NCBI RefSeq assembly: GCF_030684315.1
Contig: NC_081395.1
Span: 15,141,542 to 15,205,541, forward strand
Source: Stegostoma tigrinum
Lineage: Eukaryota
Reading direction: 5' to 3'
Length of the DNA: 64,000 nt
This document shows, one piece after another, positions 40,857-52,310 of the stretch. Position numbers and translations under genes: made by a program. Positions within the stretch are counted from its first letter, which is position 1; every line of letters starts with the position of its first letter. The notes below the pieces were generated by a model. That model had not been told where the DNA came from and ran no database searches. It saw only the letters and a program-made list of their open reading frames with translations.

Positions 40857-40960
40857 CCCCATTTCCCGAAGAAGCGTCTCGGCCCGAAACGTCAGCCTTC
40901 CTGCTCCTCTGATGCTGCTTGGCCTGCTGTGTTCATCCAGCTCTGCACCTTGTTATCTCA
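40857..40960 (+). mobile_element. Mini Penelope derivative
   Basis: ccgaagaagcgtctcggcccgaaacgtcagccttcctgctcc..ttgttatctc. Confidence 0.8.
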
Positions 40961-41228
40961 GGTGAAGTGGGTTTCCTCTGTGTATTAAATCCATGATTCG
41001 TGATTCTGTTAAAGATGAAAAAAGGCTCAGAAAATATACACGGACGATTTACTCGGATTTTGCCAAGGATTTAAGAAATGGCTCACTTTTCCTCAATGTG
41101 GAAAGATTGACAGGTCATGCATAATACATTTCAAAATAATTTAAAGTTTCAAGAAGAAACGGAAAATAATGATCCCCTCGATCGATGTGTTCAACAAGTA
41201 GGTTGAACAAAATTTTTAATTAAAAGTC

Positions 41229-41500
41229 ACAGTGGCTCAGTGGTTCATGTATATGCCTCATAGTGCCAGGAACCTGGGTTCAATCCAGCCTTCCATCTGT
41301 CTATGTGGAGTTTGCACGTTTTCCTCTGGTTTCTGCTGGATGCTCCGGTTACCTCCGACGCTTTAAGGCTGTCTCGGTTAGGTGCATTGGCCATGGTATA
41401 TACGGCGTTAGAATAGGGGGCTGGGTTTGGGTGGGATGCTGTTTGGAGGATCAATGCAGACTTGATGGGCCGAACGCCCCCTTCCCACCCCCTGTGTAAG
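41229..41500 (+). mobile_element. HE1-type SINE (diverged)
   Basis: gtggctcagtggtt..cctgggttcaatcc..ggagtttgcacgtt. Confidence 0.75.
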
Positions 41501-43074
41501 TATAGACACGGACAGAATTTGAGAAGGAAAATTTGGTGCGATGGAGAACATTTTATGTGAAAACAGAAATAGCTGGAAAAACCGGTATCTGGCTGACGCT
41601 GCCAGACCTACTGAGCTTTTCAGCAATTCCTGTTTTTGTGTCTGATTTACAGCATGCAGAGCTCTTTCGTTTTTTAAAAAAAAATTAAATGTGAAGAGAT
41701 TTGTAGGGTGCCTGTATCAGCAAATTTAAAACAAATTGGACGCGTACATGGAGTGGAAAAGACTGTGTGCCCAAAGCTGAGGTGTAGGATGACATGTGAC
41801 TGTTCCTTAACAGGCACGGTTGTAAGTTTAAATTCTTCTGTGACTGTATGCCGAGATGAACTCAAATTAACTCAAATCCCAGTTTTAAACGAAACCCTGA
41901 GCCGGTTACTCGACAACTCGAAACGGCAGATCCCGCGTACATTGTCTTAAGCCAAAATAATGTTTCTGCCTTGCACTTTTGCACATGCTGTTACTAAAAC
42001 GTCACGTTTCCATTTTATTAAACTGGGCGCTGTATTGATTAAAGTTGCACCATACCCTATCCGCGATAATATCGCAACATGTCCTTTCGCTCCGTTACTG
42101 CAGTAGGCCGACTGTTCATATTAAATCAGCTTCTTTCTAAGTTACCAAAGAATCGGAGCTCATTTCGACTTTTTCTTCTTTTATAGTGATCGGTGTCTTT
42201 ATTGGGAACGTGACTATGCCCATCTTATTATTCTGGACTTTATCTCAGATGTTACTGTTGTAGAACATGGTTTTCTTTATTTTGCAAGACTATCTGCGTT
42301 TTTTCTACTGGACTATGTACCTGTGATATTACACTGGTCCTGTCTTACTTGCTACAAGTTTCAGTTTATATTTCACTCCACACTCTCTCAATAACAACCA
42401 AATCCCACATCGAAGTTGCTTCCACCATTTATTCCGACAGGCATCCAGCAGCTGGAGCGTGCAACCTGTCACATAAATACTGCATCAAATTGCGTTACAA
42501 GCGGTCATGTCTTATTTTTATACAAATCTCATGTGACCGCTATTATGAAACGAGCTGGTTGTACGACTGGACAAGTTATATTCCGGACTGAAATGTGATT
42601 TACTGAAATTATTTTATTTTTAAATTAGATAACGTTATGGTCAGTCACGGAAACATAGTCACACGACCCTGCAGCGTGTCTTTAACAACAGAGCAGAAGT
42701 TTATTACACAAATATATAATAAATTTTAAAAATGCTATCGAAATACGAAACACAGAAAGATCTTAAAACATATTTTCAACCTTTATTCCATCACAATCTA
42801 TTGCAGAAATTCAAAACCATATAAATTAAAAGACATCACTGAACTCCTTCGGATTATACTTAAATGATTCCTGTGAGTTTCTTTGTCTTGGACTTTGGAG
42901 ACAATTCGATACGTCTTTTTCCCCCAAATCCGACGACAGCAAATTTTCGTAACCACAGTATAAACAATTTGTCACTAATACATCAAAGAGGTCCACAGTC
43001 ACCTGCTTTCTCAGCAATATTCGAGAAGAGTCAGTGCTTCACACGAATTCTGGCTTTTTCTTCGACACTTCACA

Positions 43075-43455
43075 ATAGAACATAGAACATAGAACATAGA
43101 ACAGTACAGCACAGAACAGGCCCTTCAGCCCACAATGTTGTGCCGACCATTGATCCTCATGGATGCACCCTCAAATTTCTGTGACCATATGCATGTCCAG
43201 CAGTCTCTTAAATGACCCCAATGACCTTGCTTCCACAACTGCTGCTGGCAACGCATTCCATGCTCTCACAACTCTCTGCGTAAAGAACCTGCCTCTGACA
43301 TCCCCTCTATACTTTCCACCAACCAGCTTAAAACTATGACCCCTCGTGCTAGCCATTTCTGCCCTGGGAAATAGTCTCTGGCTATCGACTCTATCTATGC
43401 CTCTCATTATCTTGTATACCTCAATTAGGTCCCCTCTCCTCCTCCTTTTCTCCAC
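43075..43455 (-). mobile_element. Young 5'-truncated CR1/HER1 LINE with (TTCTATG)n tail
   Basis: Uninterrupted RRRGDLIEVYKIMRGIDRVDSQRLFPR..WNALPAAVVEA ORF2 end; atagaac repeats. Confidence 0.92.
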
Positions 43456-44629
43456 AATGATAGTGGACACGTCAGAATAAGGCAGCGGAGTGCTATGAAA
43501 ATAAATCATGGTTTGCCTTCCACCGACGGTTCTGCGACACGAATGAATTGTCAGAATTGAAAGAAACTCCACATGATTTGAATCGCCTCTCAGAAATGTG
43601 GATCTCCCCTCTTTCTTCAAACAGAGTGGAATGGCATTCTGCGTGAAGTTGCCACTGCTCGGAATATCCATCACAAAATTACCTGAATAGATTTGACAGG
43701 AAGGATGTTGAAACAGTATTTTCCTTTGTCCTTGGAACTCTGCCTTACAAATATTCTACCTCCACCACTCTCTACAAGTCATTGGTCGGACCACGTTTGG
43801 AGTTCAGTTTTGGGCGCCTTGTTTAAGAAAGGATATTAGAGCCGTGGAGACATGCAAAGGAAATTTACTTGAATAAATTCAATAATGAGAAATTTTATAC
43901 AGAAGGAAATATTAGCTAAGTTGGGCTTATTTGCCTTGAAGCAGTGAAAAATAAAAGGTGTACTAAATGGACAATAAAGATAGCAATAAAATTAAAGAAG
44001 GATATTCTGTTTCCACTAGCTAGTATATCAGTAACTAGGGGGTCACAATTTCAAGATTGCCAGTAAGAGACTTAGGAGTGAGATGGAGAGAATGCTTTTT
44101 GCTCAGAGAGTTGTTAGAATTTAGAATGTGCTGTTTGAGAGTGGTGGAGGTGGATTCCATGAGGTTTCAAAAGAGATGGAAATATGTTTGAAAGTGGATT
44201 TGGATTTGAAACTGATGAATTTAGAGGGCTACAGAGATAGGGCTGGAGAATGGGTCCGATAATTGGCCTGTTGGATTTGTCCTGCTTTTTATGTAAATCC
44301 AGATCAATATCAATTTTAAAATCACAGATCACTGATAAAATCATCGACGAATTTCCCCAATTCCAACAACTTGAAGAATAACATTAACCACAACCTGAAC
44401 AGGACCAATCATATAAACATTCTGGTTACAATGAAAGGTCAGAGACTTGGAATTCTGTGGTGAGTAACTCACCTTATAACTCTTCAAAAACTGTCCACCA
44501 TCTGCAAGGTAAAAGTCAGGAGTATGTTGAATACCCTTCACTTGCTTGGACGTGTATAGTTTGAGCAACGTTCAAGAAGCTCAAAACTAGCGGCAATGGC
44601 TCGTTGGTCTATGGGTACAATTATTGTAG

Positions 44630-44945
44630 GCAGGACAGTAGCTCAGGAGTTAACACTGCTGTCTCACAGCATGAGGGACCCAGGCTCGATCCCGCTCTTG
44701 GGTGACTGTATATGTGGAGTTTGCAAATTCGCCCCAAGTCTGCATGGAGTTTCTGCTGAGTGCCTGGGCTTTCTCCCGATGTTCCAGTTAGGTGGGTTGG
44801 CCATGCAAATTCCCTATTGCGTTTAAAGGGTATATAGGTTAGCCACAGGAAATGCAGGGTTACAGGGACAGCGTGGTGGGAGGAGGTTCAGTGTGGATTT
44901 TCTTTTAGACTGAATTGACTATTTCCACACAGTAGGGATTCTATT
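44630..44945 (+). mobile_element. HE1-type SINE within LINE fragments (43770-45270)
   Basis: gtagctcaggagttaacactgc..ggagtttgcaaattc. Confidence 0.7.
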
Positions 44946-46490
44946 CTGTAGCGGAGATGATGCGTTGCCACAAATCTCCTACAAAAGCACTTTCCGAATT
45001 TACAATCTCTCCCACCTGGAAGAACAAGGATAACAGATACATGACAATGCCAGAACTTGCTAGCTTTCCTCCAAGTTGCACATCATCCTGACTTGAAACT
45101 GTATTGCTTGTTCTTTTAATGTTTCTGGCTCAAAACACGGAAATTCCTTCACGACATTTACACCAGAAGGTCTGCATCGGTTCCAGAAGATGGCTCATTG
45201 CCACCTTCTCAAAGAGGTTTGAACAATAGATATTAGTCAAGTCAGCAATGCTAAATGAAACAAAAGAATAAAATAAGATGCGCTCAACATGAGAAATGAT
45301 TGACTTGGGTCGTGACATTTTGTTTGAGTATTGCTTTGTAAAAGCGAAGTGCTAAGTTTTTCCCCTTGCGTCTAGCAGAACAGAAACGCAAGAACAGCAA
45401 CTCTGAGAGGAATCAGAAGTTTAAACTGCATGAGGAGAAGATAACTAATTGTTTGATACGCGGACATGTGTGGTCAAAGTGTTTTAACGGATAATACACC
45501 AAGGACTAATTATCTACAAAACGTTCGTCCAAATTTAAAACGCTCGGTTCGACTGCGACAGTTTAAAGTAACGCAATGATGGTTGCACTGGAGAATGGCT
45601 GTCCCCACATTTTTACTTGGTTAAAAGAGATGCATGTCACATATATGCACAAATGATCATATTAAACAGCCCGTTGCTTCTCAGCGGAGAGTGTTGAGAA
45701 TTAGATGTGACTCCATGATTGGATTTCACATGAACCAATCTTATTTGCATTTTAAAAATCTACGAATAGCCAGGTTAGCATTTTCAGCTGGGTGTGCAGT
45801 GTGGCCCACTCTTGGGTGCCTTAAACTCCATGTGATCACCCTCAAGGCCTCAATTTTTGTCAAAACAAAAAGCTCCTTCTGGACACCCGTTCTCTGCTTG
45901 ACATCAAACAAAGATTTGGTAGTTAAATGTTGCCTGCTGCGTTCCTCATGGCAGTGCGTCTATCAAATAGAATCCAACTGCCAACCCTCTTTCCATGCAG
46001 TAGAAATTGGTGTTCCCTTCGAAATAGGCTGATTTTGAAATGCTCTCCCGGAGATTTTTAAAAAGTATATGCATTATTCATTTATGGATGTATTATTGCT
46101 GGTTTGATTAAAATGCATTGTTAGTTTAAAAACAAGCTTTTCATCAGAACAAATTCACAAGAATACTAAATTATAAATCAAACGCCAATTTCTACTGTGT
46201 GGAAGACTCAACACTGTTTTTCTTCAGTAATGCTGAGGTTCTGTACTACCAAGCAACTGAACTTCAGTCATCTCTACCAGAAACATGCAAACAGCAATCA
46301 CAATATATGATACATTTCAATTGTAGTTCTTTCACAAATTTCAAATACTATGGCATAATAGCAGTACAGGTTTCTTGCATTTATTATGGAAGTCTATTTT
46401 GACAATTACTCACAGGACAAAATTAAGATTCACAGATAAAAATCTTAACAAACAGGTGCGGAGAATCAACGATGCCAGTCAATCAAATGC

Positions 46491-46499
46491 TCACTTGAC
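46491..46499 (-). pseudogene. IGHM: IgM TM2 exon coding part (VK*)
   Basis: ttttacag|GTC AAG TGA gives the canonical KVK cytoplasmic tail. AATAAA at 46380-46385 (minus strand). Confidence 0.88.
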
Positions 46500-46630
46500 C
46501 TGTAAAAAGGAGATAAAATGTGGAAACAGAGATTTGAGCCGTGAGGAATTGACTTCTTGGTTTCCGGAAACAAATTAAGATTTTTTTTCAAATGGTTTCA
46601 GTCACATTGAATACAAGTGGATCTTCTCAC

Positions 46631-46758
46631 CTTTAGCAGAGTGACACCTGCGCTGTAGGACATACTCAGGAAGAACAAGATAATAAAGGCGGAAGCGGTT
46701 GTCCAGATATTGTCGCACTTCTCTTCAAAGTCATCAAACTGGATGCGGTCCGAGTTAT
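46631..46758 (-). pseudogene. IGHM: IgM TM1 exon
   Basis: tgtag|AT acceptor, AAG|GTGAG donor. DNSDRIQFDDFEEKCDNIWTTASAFIILFFLSMSYSAGVTLLK carries the CART motif. Confidence 0.93.
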
Positions 46759-49755
46759 CTACAAGATGTAGAGGAAAAACATATGCTCAGATTATTTAAA
46801 AATCCGGATGTGATATCATTGTTATCGTTAGTAAAATTATTGCTGTTGATATTGTTCCTTTCTCCTCTTCCTATTATACATTAGTTCTCGAATTTAGTTT
46901 TCAATGTATCTTTCATGTTATATTAATCACTTATGAATGTATCTTTATTTTATTTTATCTAAAGTCATTGTGCCTGACTCAGAAAATATAATATATTTGT
47001 CTTCAGTCCAGATGTTAAATTATTTTGATTATTGGACATTTGAGAGTTCAGTCATGTCAGACGACGTCTTTTTAACTAACATTTTAGCTTATTCGGTGAC
47101 TAAAGGTTTTGCTATATTGTATTCTAACCTCACATTTTAATACTTTATTTGTGATATGCGCCCTTTGGCCATCATTGATTTCAATCAGTTTCTGTAGAAG
47201 ATATTGCTTTTGTTTGTTTCTACTACCACTAGAGGGACTGATAAATATATTGTCTCAAGTTTTATTTATTCAGTTGAGTTTCCGGAAAAAAAGAACATTT
47301 AAAGATGCATCTAAATTGCATGATACTCTTAACTTTCCAGTACGAATGTCAGTGACTGGGCAAAGGCAGGTGCACGATATTAAAGAGAATCTCTTTTGAC
47401 GCACCTCTGAAGTAGGTAGGACTTGAACCCTGGCCTTTTGTTTCAAAAAGTACAGAATCTCGCTGACACTGCATCACATGAGCCCTGATTTTTGCATGTA
47501 ATTTGCTACCCTTTGGAATAGGATCCCACCGTTTTAAACTGTAGATTTTTCTGGATTTTTACAATTAACCTGCTCAGACACGTGCCCGGGACAAGTGAGA
47601 CTTGAACCCAGACCGTATTCTTCACAGGCAGGGACACCATACCACTGTACCTCAATAATCCATGGCTGTACATATATCTCTTGCATTATGACTGTTAGTG
47701 TTTTAAGTGCATTTATGAATCCAAGTACGTGAACCGGTGTTTATAAGTGTATTTATTTCCGTTTGATTATAGTGTCCATTTTTCCTCTCGTTGCTTGAAC
47801 ATACTTATTCCTTCTTTATTTGTGAATGATTATCTTTTATGAAGTTATACATTCTCAGAAACCTATCATAGCCAATTCCAAAAGTCTGTCTACTACATCA
47901 TCTTCATACCGCCTGAGTCAAAAGACGTGGAATACTTCATCCCCTTATTCGCTAATTTAAATTTCAACTTCATATATATACTATACTTACAAATCAAAAT
48001 GACAAGATAACTGGAGGGGGTCAGTTGTCTAGAGGACGAAAGGATGGAAGATGCATGAATGTAAGTGCGTGTCTGTGTTTTTGTGTATGCTCTTGTGTGT
48101 ATGCATATATAGGGTGCACGTGAGTGTGTTCCTGTCTGTGTGCGTTTAAACTGGCTGAGGATTTGTCTTCGTTTCATTTTTTTTCACATTTTGTATGTCA
48201 TTTCGTTTCTTGAGGTGCTTTGCTCTACTACGCGACTTTCAATGCACCCAAAAAAAATTCTGGAATGAAGGGTTTAATTATAATCATGAAGCTGTTGTTG
48301 ATTGTTGGGAAAAAGAAAACCTGTCTTGTTCACTAATGTTCTTTAGGGAAGGAAATCTATTATCCTTACCTGAATTGGCCTGCATGTGACTCCTGACCCA
48401 CGGCAATATGGTTGATTCTTAACTGCCGCCTGACCAGCTAGGGATGGACAATGAATATTGATCTGACCAGAGGCGCCCAAATCCCATGAGTAAGAAAAAA
48501 GATGAGCGTTATACTGAATTAATAATTTATCAAAGTACCTCATGCAACTCTATAACCAACTTCGTTCATTTGTTCTCAGGCAGACTCTGTATGAAAGTAT
48601 CACCTCAATCTCAAGCATGATCATATTTTGAAACATCTGACGCGCCTACAATTTTAAAATATTGATTATACGAATATATTTTATACTCATAAACCTGAAA
48701 GTTTAATTTAAAAGTTATCAGTTAGCGTTGGTTAAGATGATGGATTTGAGTTGCCAATTGTTAGGATTTTTGAGTCAGAGAGGTCTGCAGCACCGAGAAA
48801 GCCCAACGTGTCTAAACATGTCAAAAATAAGCATCTGCCTATTTCAAGCCAATTTTCTGGTTCTTCTCCCTAGTCTTGCAAGCATTAGCGTCGCAAGCGC
48901 ACATCTAAATAGTTCTTAAATGTTGTGAGATTTTCTGCCTGTACCAACCATACAGACAGTGAGTTGCAGATTACCAGTACCCTCTTGGGGAAAAAAAAAT
49001 CCCTCACAACACCTGCAAACCTCCTGGCCCTCATCTTACAATTTTGCTCTCTGATCATTGATTCCTCCACCAAAGGCCAACGTCCCTTTCTGTCTAACTT
49101 TTTCGATCTCCCTCGTCATTTTATCAATCCCAATTATGTCACCTTTCAATGTTCTCTGTTCCAGGGAAAACACCTCCACCATACCCAGTCTGTCTTCATA
49201 ACTTAAACTCTCGAAACCAGACAACATTCTGATAAGGTGCTTCTCTTCCCTCTCCACTGCCATCACACCCCTCCTGTAATATATTCCAGAACTGCATAGA
49301 ATCCTCTAGCTTTGGTATAGCCAAGGTTTGATCCGAGTCCCCACACGTTCCTTGTACGGAAACGTGGCCAGTATCATCAAGGGCATTGAACCGGGAAAGT
49401 TCTGACAAAGTGGTTTGTCGGGCGACTATTCAATTCAAAAAATATACATTACCGTGAATGTTGACAAACTGCAGCTCTTGCGGACAGTGTCCATTCAAAA
49501 ACTCTTCGATGCTTGGTTTGGAAACTTTGTTATTGAGTTTTGATATTTGTGTATCATTCGTCTCTTGTTTTGGAATCGCGTGCCTTTGCTTCTCTGTGTA
49601 TGTGTGGATCAGTTCATAAAAAATTCTTTGGTGATCGTGTTTTTGTGTGAGTGAATTTTTCCACACGTATGAATGATTCAGTTTCATGCGCTTTCACATC
49701 TGTCGTGGGTTTACGTGTGCCTGTATTTGTGAGAAAAAAAAAGGATACATTCCTT

Positions 49756-49988
49756 AGATAAGAAGGTGCAGAGCTGGATGAACACAGCAGGCTAAGCAGC
49801 ATCAGAGGAGCAGGAAAGCTGACGTTTCGGGCCTAGACCCACCTTCAGAAAAAAGATCTTCTGAAGAAGGGACTAGGCCCGAAACGTCAGCCTTCCCGCT
49901 CCTCTGATGCTGCTTGGCCTGCAGTGTTCATCCAGCTCTACACCTTGTTATCTCAGATTCTCCAGCATCAGCAGTTCCTACTACCTCT
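49756..49988. mobile_element. Palindromic Penelope-pLTR element in the Cmu4-TM1 intron
   Basis: Inverted arms of about 95 bp. TSD ggatacattcctt at 49743-49755 and 49989-50001. Confidence 0.9.
49861..49890 (+). ncRNA. Minimal hammerhead-ribozyme motif (Penelope type)
   Basis: CUGAAGA-A-GGG acuagg CCC-GAAA-CGUC core is intact, but stem I is weak. Confidence 0.55.
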
Positions 49989-50541
49989 GGATACATTCCT
50001 TGTCTGCTTCAGATTAACACGTCCGTGTGCGCGCTAATATGTGCATTTGAGGTTGCATGTGGACGAGAGCGCTAAAATATTTTGTTTTGCACCTGCAAGT
50101 TCCAAGCGACTCATCAACCTGACTTGAAAAAACACGCCATTCCTTCACTTTCACGACGTCAAGATATTTCCCTGAAAGGGTCACACTGCAGCGCATGAAT
50201 ATAGCTGTTTTCAAGAGCATCTCAGGATGGGCAATGGAGCATGAGTCCTACCAGTGTAATTTTTAAAAATGCGAAATATATTGTGATTGTGCGTTCAAAT
50301 GTGATCTTTTTCGATTTCGGCTTTTGAGGGAGGAAGCCGTTAAAATTGTTATATAACTTGAAATGAAAGACATTCAACGTTTCTTTAACGCTCATGTACC
50401 TGGGATGGGAGTGCCGGCTGTACAGACCTAAACCCTGATATAATAGATAATTCAGGCAAAAAAGAACGTCCCAAGCAAAACGGCGGGGTGGGGAATCACT
50501 TAGCGACCGTGTATTTAACACATTACTGGAAGAAAATGCCT

Positions 50542-50547
50542 TTTATT
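50542..50547 (-). promoter_or_regulatory. PolyA signal for secretory IgM
   Basis: AATAAA about 40 nt after the secretory stop codon. Confidence 0.75.
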
Positions 50548-50585
50548 GGTATTGTTGCTGATGATACTATTTAAGATGTGTAATA

Positions 50586-51001
50586 TTACTTACAAACGCA
50601 ATTGAGCACATCTGTTTGACAACAATTGACATCGTCCGCAAATGTAAGAGAAATATTTGCAAAATTCGATTTACCGCTGCATTTATTAACCATCCTGTGG
50701 ATGACTCTCAGTGAAATTGCTTCATGCGCCACCACACAAGAATAAAAAGCACCGCTGGCGCATTCCTCGGCTGCTATCGATAACAAGCTGTACATGAAGA
50801 AGGAGCTATTGCCGTCCTCCGCCATCACCTCGGTGTTTCTGTAGTTTCTGGGATTCACTGGTTTGTCATTGGTGGTCCACTCGACCACAATCTCTCGGGG
50901 GTAGAAACCTTTCATTAAGCAGCCGAGAAAGACGAACTCGTGAGACTCTTCTTCTGGTGGGGGCAGGAGGACAAACACGGACAGTTTCAGAAGACCACTA
51001 A
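50586..51001 (-). pseudogene. IGHM: IgM Cmu4 exon plus secretory tailpiece
   Basis: ggcag|TT acceptor. Reads [46 protein letters not shown]. Internal TM donor G|GTAAA at 50674. Tail is [12 protein letters not shown]. Confidence 0.93.
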
Positions 51002-51465
51002 CTGCCGAAAAAAAATAACTGCCGATAAGCTGGCAAATTCTCGGAAAAGTGAAACTAGTGCTTAAACATAACAGATATCTGGTTAGGGCTTTATTTTCAA
51101 GTTTAGGAGCCATCTGCTTTTCGACTACAGCAGCTGCCCGCAATTCTCTTCACTCATAACTTTTAAGTAATGAAGCGAAAAGACGTACGGATGTAACAAC
51201 TTAAATATTCAGCGAACATGTGTGTGCTGTTGCTCATGCTGCACAAGGGCCCCTTAAAACCCTCGTTCGTCCATTATAATTTCATGTCCTCCTATTGTTT
51301 TCTCCCTCACTGCTTAGTATTAAATGCACAATTTCTGGCTCCAGGCGTTTTAGTTGCTAAATGCGTGATTGTCCTATTGAAACTAGCGCTGAAGAGAATA
51401 GTGGCACCTGATGAACACCAGAAATACATAAAGTTACCAGTATTTTTTTTCAGCCATCCGCTCAC

Positions 51466-51771
51466 CTTCCTCCTTATGGATGGAGGCTCGTAGTTGTTTG
51501 GGCAGATCCTGATGCATCACCACACAGCAGAACTCAGGTCCACTCAACCATGCCTCTGTTGAAATGTTTATTCTGCTGATTCAGCTATCAGGATCCTCTT
51601 CCAGTTGGACAGCAATCGCTGACTTCAAGTGTTTCTCTCCTTCAATCCAAGAAACGTTGATTCCATGAGGAGAATAGGACACAACGCAGGTTAAGGTCAC
51701 GGTCCCCTCGAGCAAGACCTGTTTTATTGACAGCTGCAGTATTGTGACTGCCGTGTCGGTGCAAGAGGGAC
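51466..51771 (-). pseudogene. IGHM: IgM Cmu3 exon with in-frame TGA at 51581-51583
   Basis: catag|GT acceptor, G|GTGAG donor, 306 nt. [77 protein letters not shown] matches shark Cmu3. Confidence 0.92.
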
Positions 51772-51909
51772 CTATGAAACAAGGATTCTAACTCAATCCA
51801 AACTTAACGTTCAGATTTAGATCACCACTCCGTGTTCTGTCAAGAAATAGACATCATTTTTGAGCTATTGTCCACTTTCTCTCAGCCCTGAGTGGTGTGA
51901 CCCATATCA

Positions 51910-52310
51910 AGTAAGAGCAATACAGCAGAACAACAGACCCTTCTGCCCTTTCGTATTAAAACTGTCTTTGCTTACGGGTTCCGCATCCCTATTCCCTTCC
52001 TATTTATGTATTCATCCAGGTGCTTCTTGCATGCGCTACTGTGACTGTTTTCACCAGCTCCTCTGGTAGCGCATTCCAAGCACTCACTGTCTTTGGTATG
52101 AAAATCCTGCCATTCACATGTCTTTTAAACAAATTCCACCCCATCTTGAATCTGTGTCCCCTAGTAATTGACCCCTCCATCCTGAGAAAAGGCCTCATAC
52201 GTTCCACTCCATCCAAGCCATTCACAATCTTATAAACTTCTATGAGGTCACCCCTCAAACTTCTGCATTCAGTGAAAACAAACCAAGGCTATCCAACCTT
52301 TCTTCATTTC
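51910..52310 (-). mobile_element. CR1 3' end in the Cmu1-Cmu3 intron
   Basis: RGDLIEVYKIV..AWNALPEELV. Confidence 0.8.

Noticed and set aside
43171-43674. 167-aa ORF as a novel chimeric gene
   Set aside because: The C-terminal half is the CR1 ORF2 end. The N-terminal half is a chance open frame in flanking DNA with a GTG start and no recognisable domain.
49430-49687. KPSIEEFL resembling the start of an extra Ig constant domain between Cmu4 and TM1
   Set aside because: Lacks correctly spaced Cys/Trp/Cys residues and a convincing exon of about 300 nt.
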